DNA of 64,000 bases from Yuukianura sp. NJ FZ-2021. Lineage: Eukaryota. The notes under the pieces are model-generated. The model worked only from the letters and a program-made list of their open reading frames with translations. It searched no databases and had not been told where the DNA came from. The stretch spans positions 14,880,001-14,944,000 of the forward strand of contig CM102285.1 in NCBI GenBank assembly GCA_046563655.1, in the 5' to 3' direction. Shown here piece by piece: positions 37,925 through 59,759 of this stretch (positions within the stretch are counted from its first letter, which is position 1; every line of letters starts with the position of its first letter). The translations under genes were made by a program, and so were the position numbers.

Positions 37925-38371
37925 AATTAAGTACGCTAATTAAATTAAGACTTGAGATTAACACCATCGTGTTAAGGCTAACTTTAAAGGACTAATTTCT
38001 GCTTTTGTTCTTCATCCAGATTCTTTTTTTACATTTTAACTCGAGTCGAGTAAAATACTAACTTCTACTTCATTTTTGAATTTGAACTCAATTTTTAACA
38101 TACAGATTCAACAACGAATTGATTTGTTTGAGATTTACATTTTTGTTCATTGCGATTCGCAAGTTGCGAATTCGGAAGTTCCGAGTGCGAACAGAGGAGG
38201 CGGAAACAGCTGTTGCGCGCGTCAGGGCGTTGTTGATTTTGTTTTCATTTCCAAAATTGGCTCTTAATTTTTCCAGGTAATTGTTTTTGTTCTCTCCATC
38301 GTTCAAATGTCAAATGTAATTCATTAATTGGTTCTTCTTCCTTAATAATTTGTACTTAGTTTCATATCGGA

Positions 38372-40438
38372 ATGGGAGCCCAACTAGGCAAGGAAGACCA
38401 GAACAGACCCGCTCTAACGGAAGCGGAACTTCAACAATTAAAATCAACGTTTAGCAATATCAGAGCTTTCCAACACTCCGGAAAGCACGGTGCAGATGCT
38501 CAACATTCCAATGCATGTCGTACCGACGTATTTCAGGTTAGAATTTCTTTTAGTTTAGAAAACTCAGTTTAACATATGTTGAGATTAGAGTTAACGTATG
38601 AAGTTGTTGTTTATGCAATTCCAGAGTTTCTGCTGTCGTTCTCTGGATGAGTTCCTTTCGCAACAAATAGCTGCAATAATTGAAGTCGGATCAAGATCAA
38701 AAGAGCCCAATACAATTACATTCCAAGCATTCCAGCATTTCGTGTCAACTGCACTCAAAGGCGAGTTTGACCAGAAGGTTCAATGCATTTTTTTCATGTG
38801 TTCTGTTCCTCCTGTGTCACCATCGTCATTTTCTGCTCAGACAACTGTTACTGGATCCAGCATCTTGAAGGTAATCAAAACTTCAATTAACACAATTACT
38901 GTTATGCTTCATTTCATGTCTGTGATTAGCTGACTGCTTCAATCGTGACATCGTACGTTTGGCATTCGTTTCAAGATACACCCGGATTGAAGTCATGGAG
39001 TAATTGTCTTACGGCTACCAGTCAAGAGTCACGTGGAATCCAACTGGCAACGTATCTGCTCCACGATTTACTGTATCCATCAGGTCTGCCTAAGGATCTA
39101 ATTACTAAACAAGAAGATTTTGGATCTAGACAGTTCACTCTGGATGAACTCATCACTGGACTGGCCAAATCATCGCTGTTCCAAACTCTATTCAACTCTG
39201 TCATCAGCAATTGCTTCAAGTTTGACATGGATGTGAACGTTGTTACTAAAAACAAAGTTCCACGGTGCTTGCAAGTTAACCCAACACTGCTACCTACTAA
39301 CTTCACAATGTTAACTGAAGAGTCAGTCATGTTTCTCAATTCACTGCTTCCACCAGAGTTACAATCAAAATGGCGATTCCTCTTTTCATCTATGTGTCAT
39401 GGCGAAAGTTTTTCCAAGCTGCTTGAACGTATCCAAGAAAAAGGAGCTACAATCATCATCGTCAAAGATCAGCATGACCGAATTTTCGGATGTTTCGCAC
39501 CTTCTAGTTGGAAGCTTGGTCCAAAATTTTTTGGTAATCTCCAAGGTTGCTATAGCATCCAATTGAATTTCCTACAACAGGTTGTTCAATAACTCGGGGT
39601 TTTCGAAATTTTGAGTGAAAATAATTTTTTTTTGCCCGAATTCCGTTACATTACATACAAATCATTACTATAAAAAGGCACGACGAACCAAATTTTGTTA
39701 GTTATTAAAAAAAACTAGAAAACGTCGAGTTATTGAATAATCTGTTGTAGAAATCAACAATCTGTTTGTTTACCAACCTTGATAATTCCTTAATTTCCCG
39801 AATTGAACCGTTACTTGAACTTTTTTTTTATGTTTTCAGGCACTTCTCAATCGTTTTTGTTTCATCTGGCTCCAAGGTTCGCATCTTACGGAACGACACC
39901 TTACAATGAGAACTTCCAGTATTTGAACATGGGACAGAAAACTTTACCGAATGGATTAGTAAGTTCACTTTTTAGTTTACATTTTTTTAAATTGTTAACT
40001 TAATTGATAATCTTGCAGGGTATGGGTGGAACCCTGGAGTATTTTGGACTTTGGCTTGATTCTGAATACGGCAAAGGGATTTGCAGTCCCTCCTGCACAA
40101 CTTACACATGTCCGCAGTTGTCCGTTGAAAAAGAGTTTACCATAAATCGGTTGGAAGCATGGGGCGTCGGTCCAGAACCGGAGAAGGAAGAGGTAACATT
40201 ACCATCAATTCCGTCATTCCATCATACCGTCAATTACGTCATTCCTTCATGCCGTCATACCGTCAAATCCGTCATTCAACAAATTAATCAAGTTTCTTTT
40301 TTGCAGGGAGTTCGAGATCCAAAGAATATCAGTATTCTGGACAAAGATCCTGAGCTGAGAGGCGTTCTGGAAGTGATGGGAAAGAAAGTGAGTGCAAGCG
40401 ACGGTTACCGTGATGTGGATCCCATAGAAATAGAATGA
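38372..40438 (+). CDS. MEAK7: TLDc-domain protein (TLDC1 / MEAK7-like), 6 exons
   Basis: Exons 38372-38536, 38625-38870, 38930-39533, 39840-39958, 40019-40192, 40307-40438; N-terminal MG, WRFLFSSMCHGESFSKL, IFGCFA, FFGTSQSFLF, YNENFQYLNMGQKTLPNGLGMGG, FGLWLDSEYGKG, CTTY..PQLS, SILDKDPE. Confidence 0.92.
39575..39747. mobile_element. Tc1/mariner-type MITE (173 bp) in TLDC1 intron 3
   Basis: TIR CAACAGGTTGTTCAATAACTCGGGGTTTTC matches the reverse complement of the right end at 26/30; TA on both flanks. Confidence 0.75.
40201..40278. repeat. 8-9 bp microsatellite (CCGTCATT-like) in last TLDC1 intron
   Basis: About 9 degenerate copies of CC(G/A)TCA(T/A)T. Confidence 0.7.
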
Positions 40439-42774
40439 TGCGGTTACTGGAAATGATTAACTTTAGTTTTCGCTAGCAAAAGCTTCCATGTCTTTAAAAT
40501 TTTCCAAACGGCTTCAATACTTTACTTTACTTAAATTGTACAATTTAGATCTGAAAATATTTCAAAATCGGAGTGATTTAGGTGCTACAATTAGTTAAAG
40601 TTCCTGTAACTTTTTGTCCAGTAGAAATCCAACGTTTTCATAGGAAAATTAAAGGAGTATTAAAATTATGCATGAATGGATGGACGAAATGAATCAAATG
40701 TTCAAAATGTCAACTGAAATCATCATCACCAGCATCATCATGGATTATAAACAATAATTACTTGTGTTAATTGGACTAACCTTTTACTTAATAAGCTCTG
40801 AATTGGAGTGTGGAGTTGGCGTGTGTGGAGGTATGACTGTCGTCATTTGTGTTTTGATTTAAAAAGCATAAAAGTGTTTTGATTCTTTTAATTGTTCTTA
40901 TGAGAGGAAGAGCGGAGGAAGTGAAAGGGCGAAGGGAGAAAGTACGTCAGAAGACGGAGGAAAAGGAGGGCAGGGAGGGATCCAAGCCTCCTCTGACGCA
41001 AACTACTGACGTCAAACCACCGAGAAAGGAGCCAACACTCTGCTTAAACCTTATTGTCAACCTCCTACTGCCCAAACTACTCTCTTCCACCCCAATTTCC
41101 ACCAAAGGAACTTGCTACACGTTCAGTCACGAGTTCTGCAAAGGTCAAAGGTCAATGACCCCTCTGCACCATCTCCAGCAAATTCCAGCATCTCCAGCAC
41201 ATTCCAGCATCTTCAGCACATTCCAAATGTTGTAGATTTGAGGATACGTCGGATGAGCATTCATGAATATGTGATTTTTTGAAGTTTTAAATTTTACTTT
41301 CTCTTGCACTTTCTCCGGAAAATGCCACGAGTTTGCAGTTTTTGCAGCATCTTGAAGTGATCTTTACATTTTTTGATTTTTTTTTTAAAGTTTGATGAAG
41401 TTTTAGTAAAATTGAGATTTTTTGGTGGTGGTGACGCCTATACTTTGGGTGTTTTGGTGTGAGAGGGAGAGAGCACGTTCGGGCGGTCATCGATTCGTGT
41501 GTCTATTGAACTCTTTTTGGCCTGTTCTTGTGAAAAAGAGTAGTTGGGGGATCGGGAGCACACGCGACGAAGCGGGTAGTTTGGCTCCGAATCCCGGGTT
41601 TCCTCGTTTTTCGTCATCACAAACCTTGGTTTTTAGTAAGTAGTGCTTTCCTTATATGATCCCGTGCCCTCCTGCACTCCTGCCAGTCCTCCAAACATCC
41701 ACACACACAACTGTCCTCTTAATTTTATAAATCAACAACCGCAAATTCCCTCCAAATTCCAAAATTTGGAATTTGGAACAAGTGGAAGTGACACGCCCTT
41801 GAAATAAACTTAGGTTGAAGTGAACCAGACGGAGGACGTGTAACCACACCGAGTGAAAGTTACCGAGGGGAGGACTTAAACTTTTTAAAGTCAATTGTTG
41901 AATTTCAAATCACTGCTAATGGACAGTTTAATATTGATTTCGAACATTCGGTTTTTTATGCTGTACGTCAACCGAACAATTCGGTGTGACCAGTTTAGTA
42001 AAAACTAAAATTTAGAAAGTGAAAGTTGTTAAACTGAAGATGACACATGGCCACATGTCTGCACTGTAGTTCTTCAGTTTTCTTTTGGTGAGAAAGTTTT
42101 ACAAAAAAAAAGAACAATTTTTAAACAATTTGGTCAAAGTTAATTAATTACCGTAAGTTTCGAAAAATTCGAAATTTTAATAGTAAAAAGTCCGAATCCC
42201 ATGAATCGCAATAACTTCTGTTATTCAAAAGAAAAACTTCATTTCTTTTATGTTTATTTTCAAACTGGAGTTAATCTATGCAATTTCTGTTGATTTGAAT
42301 CTTGCATGCTTTTGCATTTGTAGACTTCAGAAAATCTCATTTATTTCCAAAATGAAATTCGCATAACGCAAATCTTCCTATCATTTTTATGTAGTACACT
42401 GAATTGTTTCACCAACATAGTCAAAAAAAGAAGAATTTTGCATTTGAACTGCAAAATTCTCGGTCAATTTTTTTGCAACTGCAAATCTGTTTATGTTTAA
42501 TTTTTGTCACAATTTTTCAAAACAGAATTTTCTGTCCAAAACTTTGTGTTCTTTCTTGCATCTCGTGGCAAAACCTTTTCATTTTGTTTCATTTCCTTTT
42601 GAAATTGACTCAATTTGTGCTTATGACCTCACGTGACCTTTTCTCTTTTTGTTTGTGACCTGTGCAGTGTCAAGATAATTTTGTGGACAGATTCGATGTG
42701 GTAGAAGACAGCATTGTTCGTCTGGATCGCTGGTTGTGTTGAAATTTCAACAGGTTCTGGAACCAGACGTCATC

Positions 42775-45700
42775 ATGGGCAACTTGTGCTCCAAAAGAAA
42801 AGGAAGTGACAGCAGCACTTCCGTCAAATCGGATCCGTAAGAAAAAAAACACATGACCTTTGACCTCTTGACCTTTGACCTTTCACATGTCCCTGATTTG
42901 TGAAAATTTGAAAACTGAATTTTGAATTTCATAAGTTCCAGGAAGGGATCTGCAGAGCAAGTGGAGAATCACCAGCAAAACGTCAAGAAGCAAAAGGAAG
43001 GCGCTGAAAAAAGTAGCGTCGTTGAACGTTCCAGTGCTGCGGAAGCGACTCCGTCGACAATCGCTGCAGAAACACCGGAAATGTCATTTCAAACGAAAGA
43101 CTCCGTTAGGAGCAGAATAGTCAGAGAGGCAGAGCCATCTAGCGTCTCTGGTAATTTCATTAAACTTATTAAATTATTTTTAAATATATTATTTTATATT
43201 AATGGTTTATTTTATTTAAAGGGGATTCCATGTCTTTATCTTCGCCTACGATGATCAGTGCTCCACATGTTCCAGATTTGCCATTTCCGTCTAAACTTCC
43301 TGCGGAAATTAAAAAACAATCAGACAACATCAAGAATTTGCTGGTCGGAAGAGTAGCAAAAGTCAAATCCGTCACTTCTTCAAAAAAAATCACTCTGTAC
43401 ATTTGTGCAGCCGATTCTCAAGGTATAAAAAAGTACAGAGTTGTTCAAAAGTTGTCCAAAACGGAAGTGAAAGTTAGACAGGAGTTGAAAATTTTCAAAT
43501 CATTGATGTGCGTTTGATCATTTTTGACGGAGGTTTTACACGTTTTTCAAAAATTTGTTTTCGTTTTCGACTTGCTTTTGAAAGGCTCTGTATGTTTTTT
43601 AAAAAGTACAACAGTTGGCGGTTTAAGTTTTTCCATTTTTTTTTACTGTTTTTGATGTTTTATGTTTTATATGAATTTTGTGGAGATGTGTGATTAGACG
43701 GCTTTTGGAATCCAAGCAACACCGCCTCCGCCATCCTCCTTTTTCTTTATAATTGCTCACTTTTTCAAAAAAGAAAGTTTGTTTTTGAAAAACTAAAGTT
43801 TAGCAAAAATAGAACTGGAAGAAAGAGAGATCTTTTGGTGTATTGAATGACACTTGAATTCAATTTGAACAACTCACTCTCCGCTTTCTTTCTTAGAAAA
43901 CTCTCTCGGGTTACTTTCCAAGTCGATTAGCAACCAAAAACGTCTTTTCATTCATTGTACTAAAAAATTAACTTTTTTGAAATTTTGAACTTTTTTGTAG
44001 ATTTTCGATTGGAAAAAGGCCACCTCCACACTGAAGTTTATCCGGGACTACGCGAGTTCTGTTCCAAAGCGGGATTTGAATTACATGTGACAGATTTGCA
44101 CTGGAAAACGGATTTAGAGATGAAACAGGATCACGATTTTCCTGAACTTTGTTTAGGCGAACTCAAACGTAACATTTAAAACTAAATTTTTCAAAATTTT
44201 GAACTCAAAAATGAAAATTTGGAATGAATTTTGAAATTTAATTTTGCATTTTAAAATTTCAGGTCAACAGGAAGTGGCTCACGTAATTCCGGTTTTGTTC
44301 CTCAGCAATTCACTCGGCTCTCCTTTACTGCCAAAAGTACGTTCACATTTAGTTATATTTAAAAAATATATTAAAAAAAATATATTAATATGTATTAAAA
44401 TAATATATTTTATTTGAATTGAAGACAATGGAGCAACAGGATTTCGAGATGGCTTTGTCCAACGTCTCTTCTAAAACGGGGAAAGCCCTGCTGGAGAAAT
44501 GGTACAAGTTGGACGCTCATGCTCAGCCGCAGTGCTACCGTCTCAGCCCCATTGCTGACCACATTCCCAACATTCAGGTGACCTTTGACCTTTGACCTCA
44601 GACGAAAATTGACCTTTTGAACAAATTTTGACCCTTGACCTTTCTCTGTTTTTGTTAGTCGGCTAACAGCAATGACAAGACGGAAGCCATTTCGGAGTGG
44701 CAAAAAGTTGTTGATGAAATTCTGGACACAATGCTCAGGGTTTTCCCGAATGAACTCAGGGACACCTACCTCACCACTGTCATTGAACAGGTTTTCAAAA
44801 AAGTTTTCAAAATTTTGAAAAATTTCAAAATTTCAAATTTTTTTTAAAGGAAATTCATAATTCGATCTTCATGAGTCGGGATGTTGGTAAGAGGAGTATC
44901 TGGACGAACAGATCTTGGACGGGCAAACAGCCGCAGTCTCCGGACATGCTCACTCCAGCAGAAGTGGAGAAAAATAGAAGACTAGAATCTCTGCACAACG
45001 AGCTCAAGGTGAAAACTTATTTAATTATTAACATCAAATATAATATATTTTAATTATTATATGTTTAATAGAATCAATTAGTTGGAGATAGGATCTTAAC
45101 ATTTTCTGTCAAGTGGAGAGAAGATGGGATTTCATTGACTGATGCTGAGCATCAGAAATACTTGCAAGACGTCTCTACTCAACTCTCAAGTCACCTCAAA
45201 ACTGCCATTCAAGAAATTATAGAAGAAGAGACAACCAAGGTAACAAAGTTTGGAGTTTTTTCAGCAATCCCATTCACAAACTTTAAAAAATGTTAAAAGA
45301 ATGTATATTTTGAAAAAATTACATAATTGAAAAAAACCAAAAAAAATATTTTGAGGTTCTACTGAGATTCGAACTCAGATCACGAGATTCAGAGTCTCGG
45401 GTGCTAACCATTACACCATAGAACCGATGTTGAGGGAAAGCGCCAAATAACATCAACTTCACCTTCTGTGTATATTCGCAATGTCTTGAAAATTCGCGTT
45501 TTGCGAATGGCTTACTTCGACAGTTGAAATTGACAAATTGCCAAAAATTTGCACAACACATTTTGAATAGCTTGACTTCCACAATAATACCAAAACTAAT
45601 CGCGCCTCTGCTGTTAATTACTTATATTTCGTTCAATTACGAATTAATTGTGCAACAAAATGAATTACTTAAGTAATTACTTAATTAATTAATATATTTT

Positions 45701-48700
45701 AATGGATTTTCAGGGAAAGTGGAAGAGTTGTTACGGAGTGAGTGGAAGTCTCTGCTCAGAAATTATGCACCACACTCTCTTCTGTCAACAAGGAGCCAAA
45801 TGCTGTCTTTCCTTTGACAATGTCATTGCAGATATCAAAAGGTTTGGAAAAAATGAAATTTTGAAATTCATTTTCCGAAATTTTGTTGTTGTTGACAATT
45901 TTTTTTCTTGAAATTTCAGTTACGTAGGTTCAGACGCTTCGAATCATCCGCTAGTGATCCACGGTCCACGGTCGTGTGGGAAAACGTCTTTCCTGTCCCG
46001 TGTAATTCACCAAGCATGGACTTGGTGCCCAGAATCAGTGGTGGTGTTCAGGTTTGCTGGATTGACCCAGGACTCAAGGTCATTAGGTCAACTACTCAGA
46101 ACAGTCACGACTCAAGTAGCACTTCTACTCACTGGCAGGAACTACTGGATCCCACATGTAAGGTCAAGGTCATTCAGCTCAAAGGTCAAAGGTCAGTGAC
46201 CTTTGAGGTCAAAAGTCACGGCGAAGTCTAAACTTTTGTGATATTTCCAGAATGCCAACTGCTACGTCAAGGAATTGTACAAAATGGTTTCCGGCTCCAC
46301 TTCTGTTGTCATTGTCATTGACGGACTAGATCGGGTAAGTTAACATGTGACCTAAAATTGGAAATTTTGAAATTTGAAATTTTGAAAATTTTGACCTTTG
46401 ACCTTTTTTCAGCTTACGACCAATGATGCCTCTGCGTTGGACATGTTAGCAGAACCACTTCCTGCGAAAATGAAGCTCATCGTGTCGTGTGCCGATGACA
46501 CGCCAGTCTTTCAACTCATTAAATCAAAAATCAAACAACCAAAGGCATTCGTCATGGTACGTTTTCAACATTTTAGTTTTCAAAAATTTTTTGTGAAATT
46601 TTGAATTCCTTGTTTTGAATTGTAGATGCCAAGCCTGAGCTTATTGTCTGCCGAGAGCCTGTTGACGGGCTCCATTCTTCAGTACAGTCACAGCATCGAT
46701 TCTGAAGTGCAGAAACGCCTATCTGCCAAACTCAGCAATTCTGTGCTTCCCATTTATATCAAAGTAATAAATATATAAATAAATATATAAAATAATTATA
46801 TTAAATAATATATTTTATTGGTGATTACAGATTTTAGCTTGGCAAGGAGCTATCGACAGCACTGGATTCACAAATCTCCAGCAAACTTCACTCGAATCTC
46901 TCGCAAATTCTCTTTTTGATTTTCTAGAAAAAGTGTTGGATCCGGAGAAAGTAAGGAATTCAAAAAGTCAAAAAACTTCAAAATTTTCAAATTTTCATTA
47001 CTTCCTTTTCTAAAAAACCATTTTTTCAAAAATTTTAATTATTTTTAGGTCAAAATTGCACTGGGCTTTCTCTGCTCTTCAAGAAACGGACTGTGTGATT
47101 CCGAACTTCTGGATTTACTTGCTCACTCGTCCAGTTTCGACTCAAAAATTACTTTTGGTAAAACACTAAATGCAAAATAGTTTCATAAACTGAAATTTTC
47201 AAAATTTTGGAACTTTTTCAAATTTTAGTTCCATGGGCCCCTGCTGCTGTGTTCTTGGCTCAACTGTTTCGTCTGTTGGGTCCTTTTCTGGACTGGCGTG
47301 TGTCCAGTGACACTTTTGTTGTCCAGTGGAGAGATGCTCTGCTTCTGGACATGGCCAAAGAGAGATACATAGGAGACATCAAAAATGGAAACAAACAGCG
47401 CCAAACACTACTCAACTACTTCAAAGTACTCAAAATTTTGAAAAAATTTGAAATACTTTTTAAATTTTAAAACTTTCTTTAAATTGTTTTACAGGGTGAT
47501 TGGAAAGACGCCAAAGATGGGAGATTCGTAGAATGGAATTCGGCTGGAAATTTTAAACGAGCCGCCGAGGAAATTCCGTTTCTGGAATGTCATATTTCTG
47601 GATCCATCAAATCCACTTACTTGTTCAACCTGGATTGGATTTTGAAAAAAATTCAAACAGTTTCCGTTTTTAGTGTAAGCCACTTTTTAAAAACTTTTAT
47701 TTTTTCTTTTACTTTTACTTTCAGTTTTATAAGTTTCTCCAAAAACATACATGCTCTCCGTTTCCTGATATTTTGGCCACCGCTTCTGCCTTTCCAGTTC
47801 GTGAATGGCTTCGCTTGATGCTTTAAACTTAAACATTTTCCAAAATTATGAAATTTTGAAAACTTCTGATTCACTTTCGAAATTGTGAAAATTTCTTTGG
47901 AATTTCAGGTTCTAGAGGACATTGACCTTGAAGCGCGGGTCAATGACCCTGATTTGACCCTGCTCAGACAATCTCTGGAGCTGAGTGCTTCTGCCCTCAG
48001 TTACGACTCTGCCCAGTTCTACGGTCAACTGTACAATCGTCTTCTGCCTTACTTTGGTAGCGAAGGGCCCCCCAAGGACCCCTCCAAGTGCCCCTTCACC
48101 CACTCTGTGTTCCAAGCAGCCAAGGCCTTCAAGGGCCCCTCCTTTGTCCCCCTGTCACCATTTCTACATAGTCCCAAAGACTATGATTCTTTAGTCGCAA
48201 GCTCCGCCTCTTTTCGGGATCTGGACAACTCGGACACGTTTTTTGACGAAGTTTACCGAATGAAGTCGAGCAATCAGTTTGTTGTGAGTTTGTCCACTAG
48301 TAAAGAAGAAGTTATGGTCTGGGACGCCTATGCTGAAGTAAGTTTTTCAAAATTTAGATTTTTGAATTTTTAAATTTTTGAAAAATTTTGAACTTTTTAG
48401 AAAACTATCCGGACGCTGAAGGGCGTGCACAATCCAGTATCGCTGAAAGTGATTGATGAGCATCGCTGCGTGATTCTGTGTGGACGTGAGCTCATTACGT
48501 ACAACATAGACTCTGGGACGGAGATCACTAAGTTGAAGGGCGTGATGAACCAGAAGATGCCATTCTATGGTCTCCATGACGACAACCACATTGTGGCCAT
48601 CTCCAGGAACCGCATGTATGTCAACCTCATGAACCTTGACACGGGCGACTGCATCACGACTTTCAAGGTCGGAGAAGATCGCTTCCTCAACTCACTTCTA

Positions 48701-50030
48701 GTGTCAGAAAACGGAAAATTTCTGGTCTGTGGAGGTAAGAGCATAATTTGACCCAAGGTTCCTTGACACCCATTTCATTTTCCTCAACAGGTTGTGTGAT
48801 ACCTCCGTTGTTTACCAAAAAATGAAAATAACCTTTTGCTTTTCAGATGAAACGCAAAAGCCGTTTCCACTGCTGGTGTGGGACCTTCCGTCGCGAAAGT
48901 TGCTCTATGATCTCAGAATTCCGCATCACGAATTTGTGACCTCTCTGGCAGCTATTACTAAGGAAGGTCACTTCGTCTGTTGTGTTTGTAGAGTAAGTTT
49001 TTCTCAAAATGTTGCAAAGTTCGCAAACAAGAAAACACTTTTTTCTTTAACAGGTTAGGCGATGAATCACATTTTTTCCCCCCAAAATTTAAAAAAAAAT
49101 GAAAAGACGATTACGGAAACTCTCGTTTTTGCAATTTTTCGGATACCGAAGTTTGTGGAGCGTGTTTTTTTTTAATCGGGAGTTATTGCCTAACTTGTTA
49201 AAGAAAATGTGTTTTGTTGCTAATGGAACCTTGAAATTTTGAACTTTTTGATTTTGAAAATTGTGAATTTTGGATTTGAATTTTCAGGAAGTGGATGATC
49301 CTGGTCCAAATTTTATAGTAGTGTATGACCTCCAGAGTGGAACTTTATTTAAAAAATGGAAACCTGGTTGCAGTACGCAAGCCATTGCAATTTCGGCACA
49401 AGGTGGCTGCGTCATCAATGCACTAGAAGACAACCGAATCATCGTATGGGACCTAGTGACAGGTACACTTTTAGAAAATTTAAAAATTTCGAAACTTGGC
49501 TTTTCAAAATTTTGAAATTTCAGGAGCCTCTCAGTGGTCACTGGAGAAGCATATAGCACCGCCAGATATTTTGAAATTAGACAACTGTGGTTCTCGCTGT
49601 CTTTCCTGTGACTCCCTGGGGAGAGATAGAAGCGTCTGTTTATGGGATGTCACTACTGGTAAAACTAAACATTTTCTATTATATTAAATATTTTATATTA
49701 TATTAATGTATTTATAATATATTTTTACTTCTCAGGCCGTTTACTGGCCATCTACACCCCTGATTCCCCACTTACTGCCTGTGAAGTGTTCAATAATGGA
49801 GATGGTGTTGTGTTAGGTAAGTTTAAATTCTAATTTTTCAGAATTTCAAATTTTAACAGTTTTATTTTTTTTTAACTTGACCTTTGACCTTTGACCTCTT
49901 AGGTTTAAAAGGTCGTTCCCAAGTAGTGACGTTGGCGTTTCAAGATGGTAATGCAGGGGCTGGCAGAGTCACGGAGAAATACGGGTCAGAGGAACATCAT
50001 GGAAAAATTACGGTACTCCAGAAGTCATAA
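42775..50030 (+). CDS. NACHT and WD-repeat domain protein (NWD1/NWD2-like STAND NTPase), more than 20 short exons
   Basis: ATG 42775 (MGNLCSK); N-terminal block ITLYICAADSQDFRLEK...VYPGLREFC...HVTDLHW typical of NWD proteins; Walker A PLVIHGPRSCGKTS, VVVFRFAGLT, Walker B VVIVIDGLD, CSSRNGLCDSELLDLL, FNLDWILKK, WD-type repeats (LLVWDL, IVVYDL, IIVWDL, VCLWDV); TAA 50028-50030. Confidence 0.87.
45354..45425 (-). tRNA. tRNA-Gln(CTG), intronic and antisense to the NWD gene
   Basis: GGTTCTATGGTGTAATGGTTAGCACCCGAGACTCTGAATCTCGTGATCTGAGTTCGAATCTCAGTAGAACCT, 72 nt; acceptor, anticodon and T stems fully paired; A and B boxes; T8 terminator at 45346-45339. Confidence 0.96.
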
Positions 50031-51165
50031 GTGTCATATCACTTGACCTCTTGACCTTTGACCCTCTTTGGGTTGTGGACACAACCTTCCTCGCTTTTAG
50101 TTAAGTTTTTATTTGATTTGTTACTAAAAAGTTAAAAGTTAAAACTGTCATGTTGAACATCAGGTTAAAACGCAGGACGTCACACTTAGATTTTTATAAG
50201 AATTGTCTAAAAACTAGCCCAGGTAGGAAAGTTACGTTGGATTGAACTAAGGTAAGATTTAGTAAGTTAATGAAGTTTAAGCCAGCTAACCTTACTTCAA
50301 ATTTTAAAAAGTTAAGCTTTGAATAATTGCTGGTCAATTCATTACTTAGCTGAAGGTAGCTCCGAGAGCATCCTTGACCTTTGACATCTTAACGCCCAGT
50401 ATTTAAAACTCAATGGACAGCTAAACAGCTTAACTTTCTTCTTAGAAAACAAACTTAATTGTAATTAAAACTACTGGATTAAAAAAACTGTCAAAAAAGG
50501 ACTTTTTGAAACTCATTTTTCACTTTTTACTCAAAAAAAAAGTTTTGTTTGTGATTTGTTTTAGCTCTTTGTTTCAATGTGAGGAAACAATTTCCTCGTC
50601 ATTTTTATTTGAATTGCTCTTTCAATTTGAAAAGTTCCAATTGCTCATTAAATAACTAAGTAATTTTTAGGTAATTAATTAATTTTTAATTGTAATTAGG
50701 TAATTAATCAGTTGATTTTTGAAGTTACAGTGAGTCGATTTCATAAAAATAAATTATTGAGGCCAGACGTTAGGGAAGTTTAAGTTATATTAGGCTGTGG
50801 GAATTTTGCCAAAAAAAATTTTTTTGAAAAAACTTTTGACTTTTGAAGGAATTTTGGAAATCGAATAACTGAACACTTTAAGCGGGGCACACTTCGTGCC
50901 CTTTGACGTTTTCGGCCAACAGCAACTTCGTCTAACACAAAATTGTGAAAACGCAAAACAGTTATACACAAAATAGTCGCATTACGTAACACAACTCTGC
51001 TTGGTAGGGTGGATCAACTACAAAAGAATATATTTTAGAGGCAGATGTGCTACAAAAAAAGTGGAACGACGTTGAATTTATGCTGGGGCATAGGTCTTTG
51101 ACCCGGTCAAATTAGTCATTGACCTTTGACCTCGGGGTCAAAGGTCAATGACCTTTGAAAGAAAC

Positions 51166-59391
<8,226 letters not shown>

Positions 59392-59759
59392 TTCGGATTT
59401 CAACTTTACACTTGATTCTCTGGTGACCTGTTGACCTGACCTTGAGATGAACACAAAGCGGGACAGAATTCGAGAGATCCAGTGGGGTTTGGCGGGGTCA
59501 CGGGGTTTTGTGGGGTCGTGGGGTTTGAGTACACTATTGTCCTGGGAATGATCGAGTTCTTGTGGACGACAACTTCGGATGAACAGAATTTGGCCACTAC
59601 TGTCTGTATCAGGAAGCGGATCTGTGTGGGTTAGAAGGAAAGTGCTGTGCTGTACGCATGATGATCCCACTCGACTTTCGGCTTTCAAACTCTCACTGAT
59701 TCTACGTCTCCAGCATCCCCTCCAACATGTCATGGCATTCTCACAACATCTTCAACCAT

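Noticed and set aside
40879..41235. 118-aa ORF between TLDC1 and NWD
   Set aside because: Low-complexity, no homology recognised; more likely part of the NWD upstream region.
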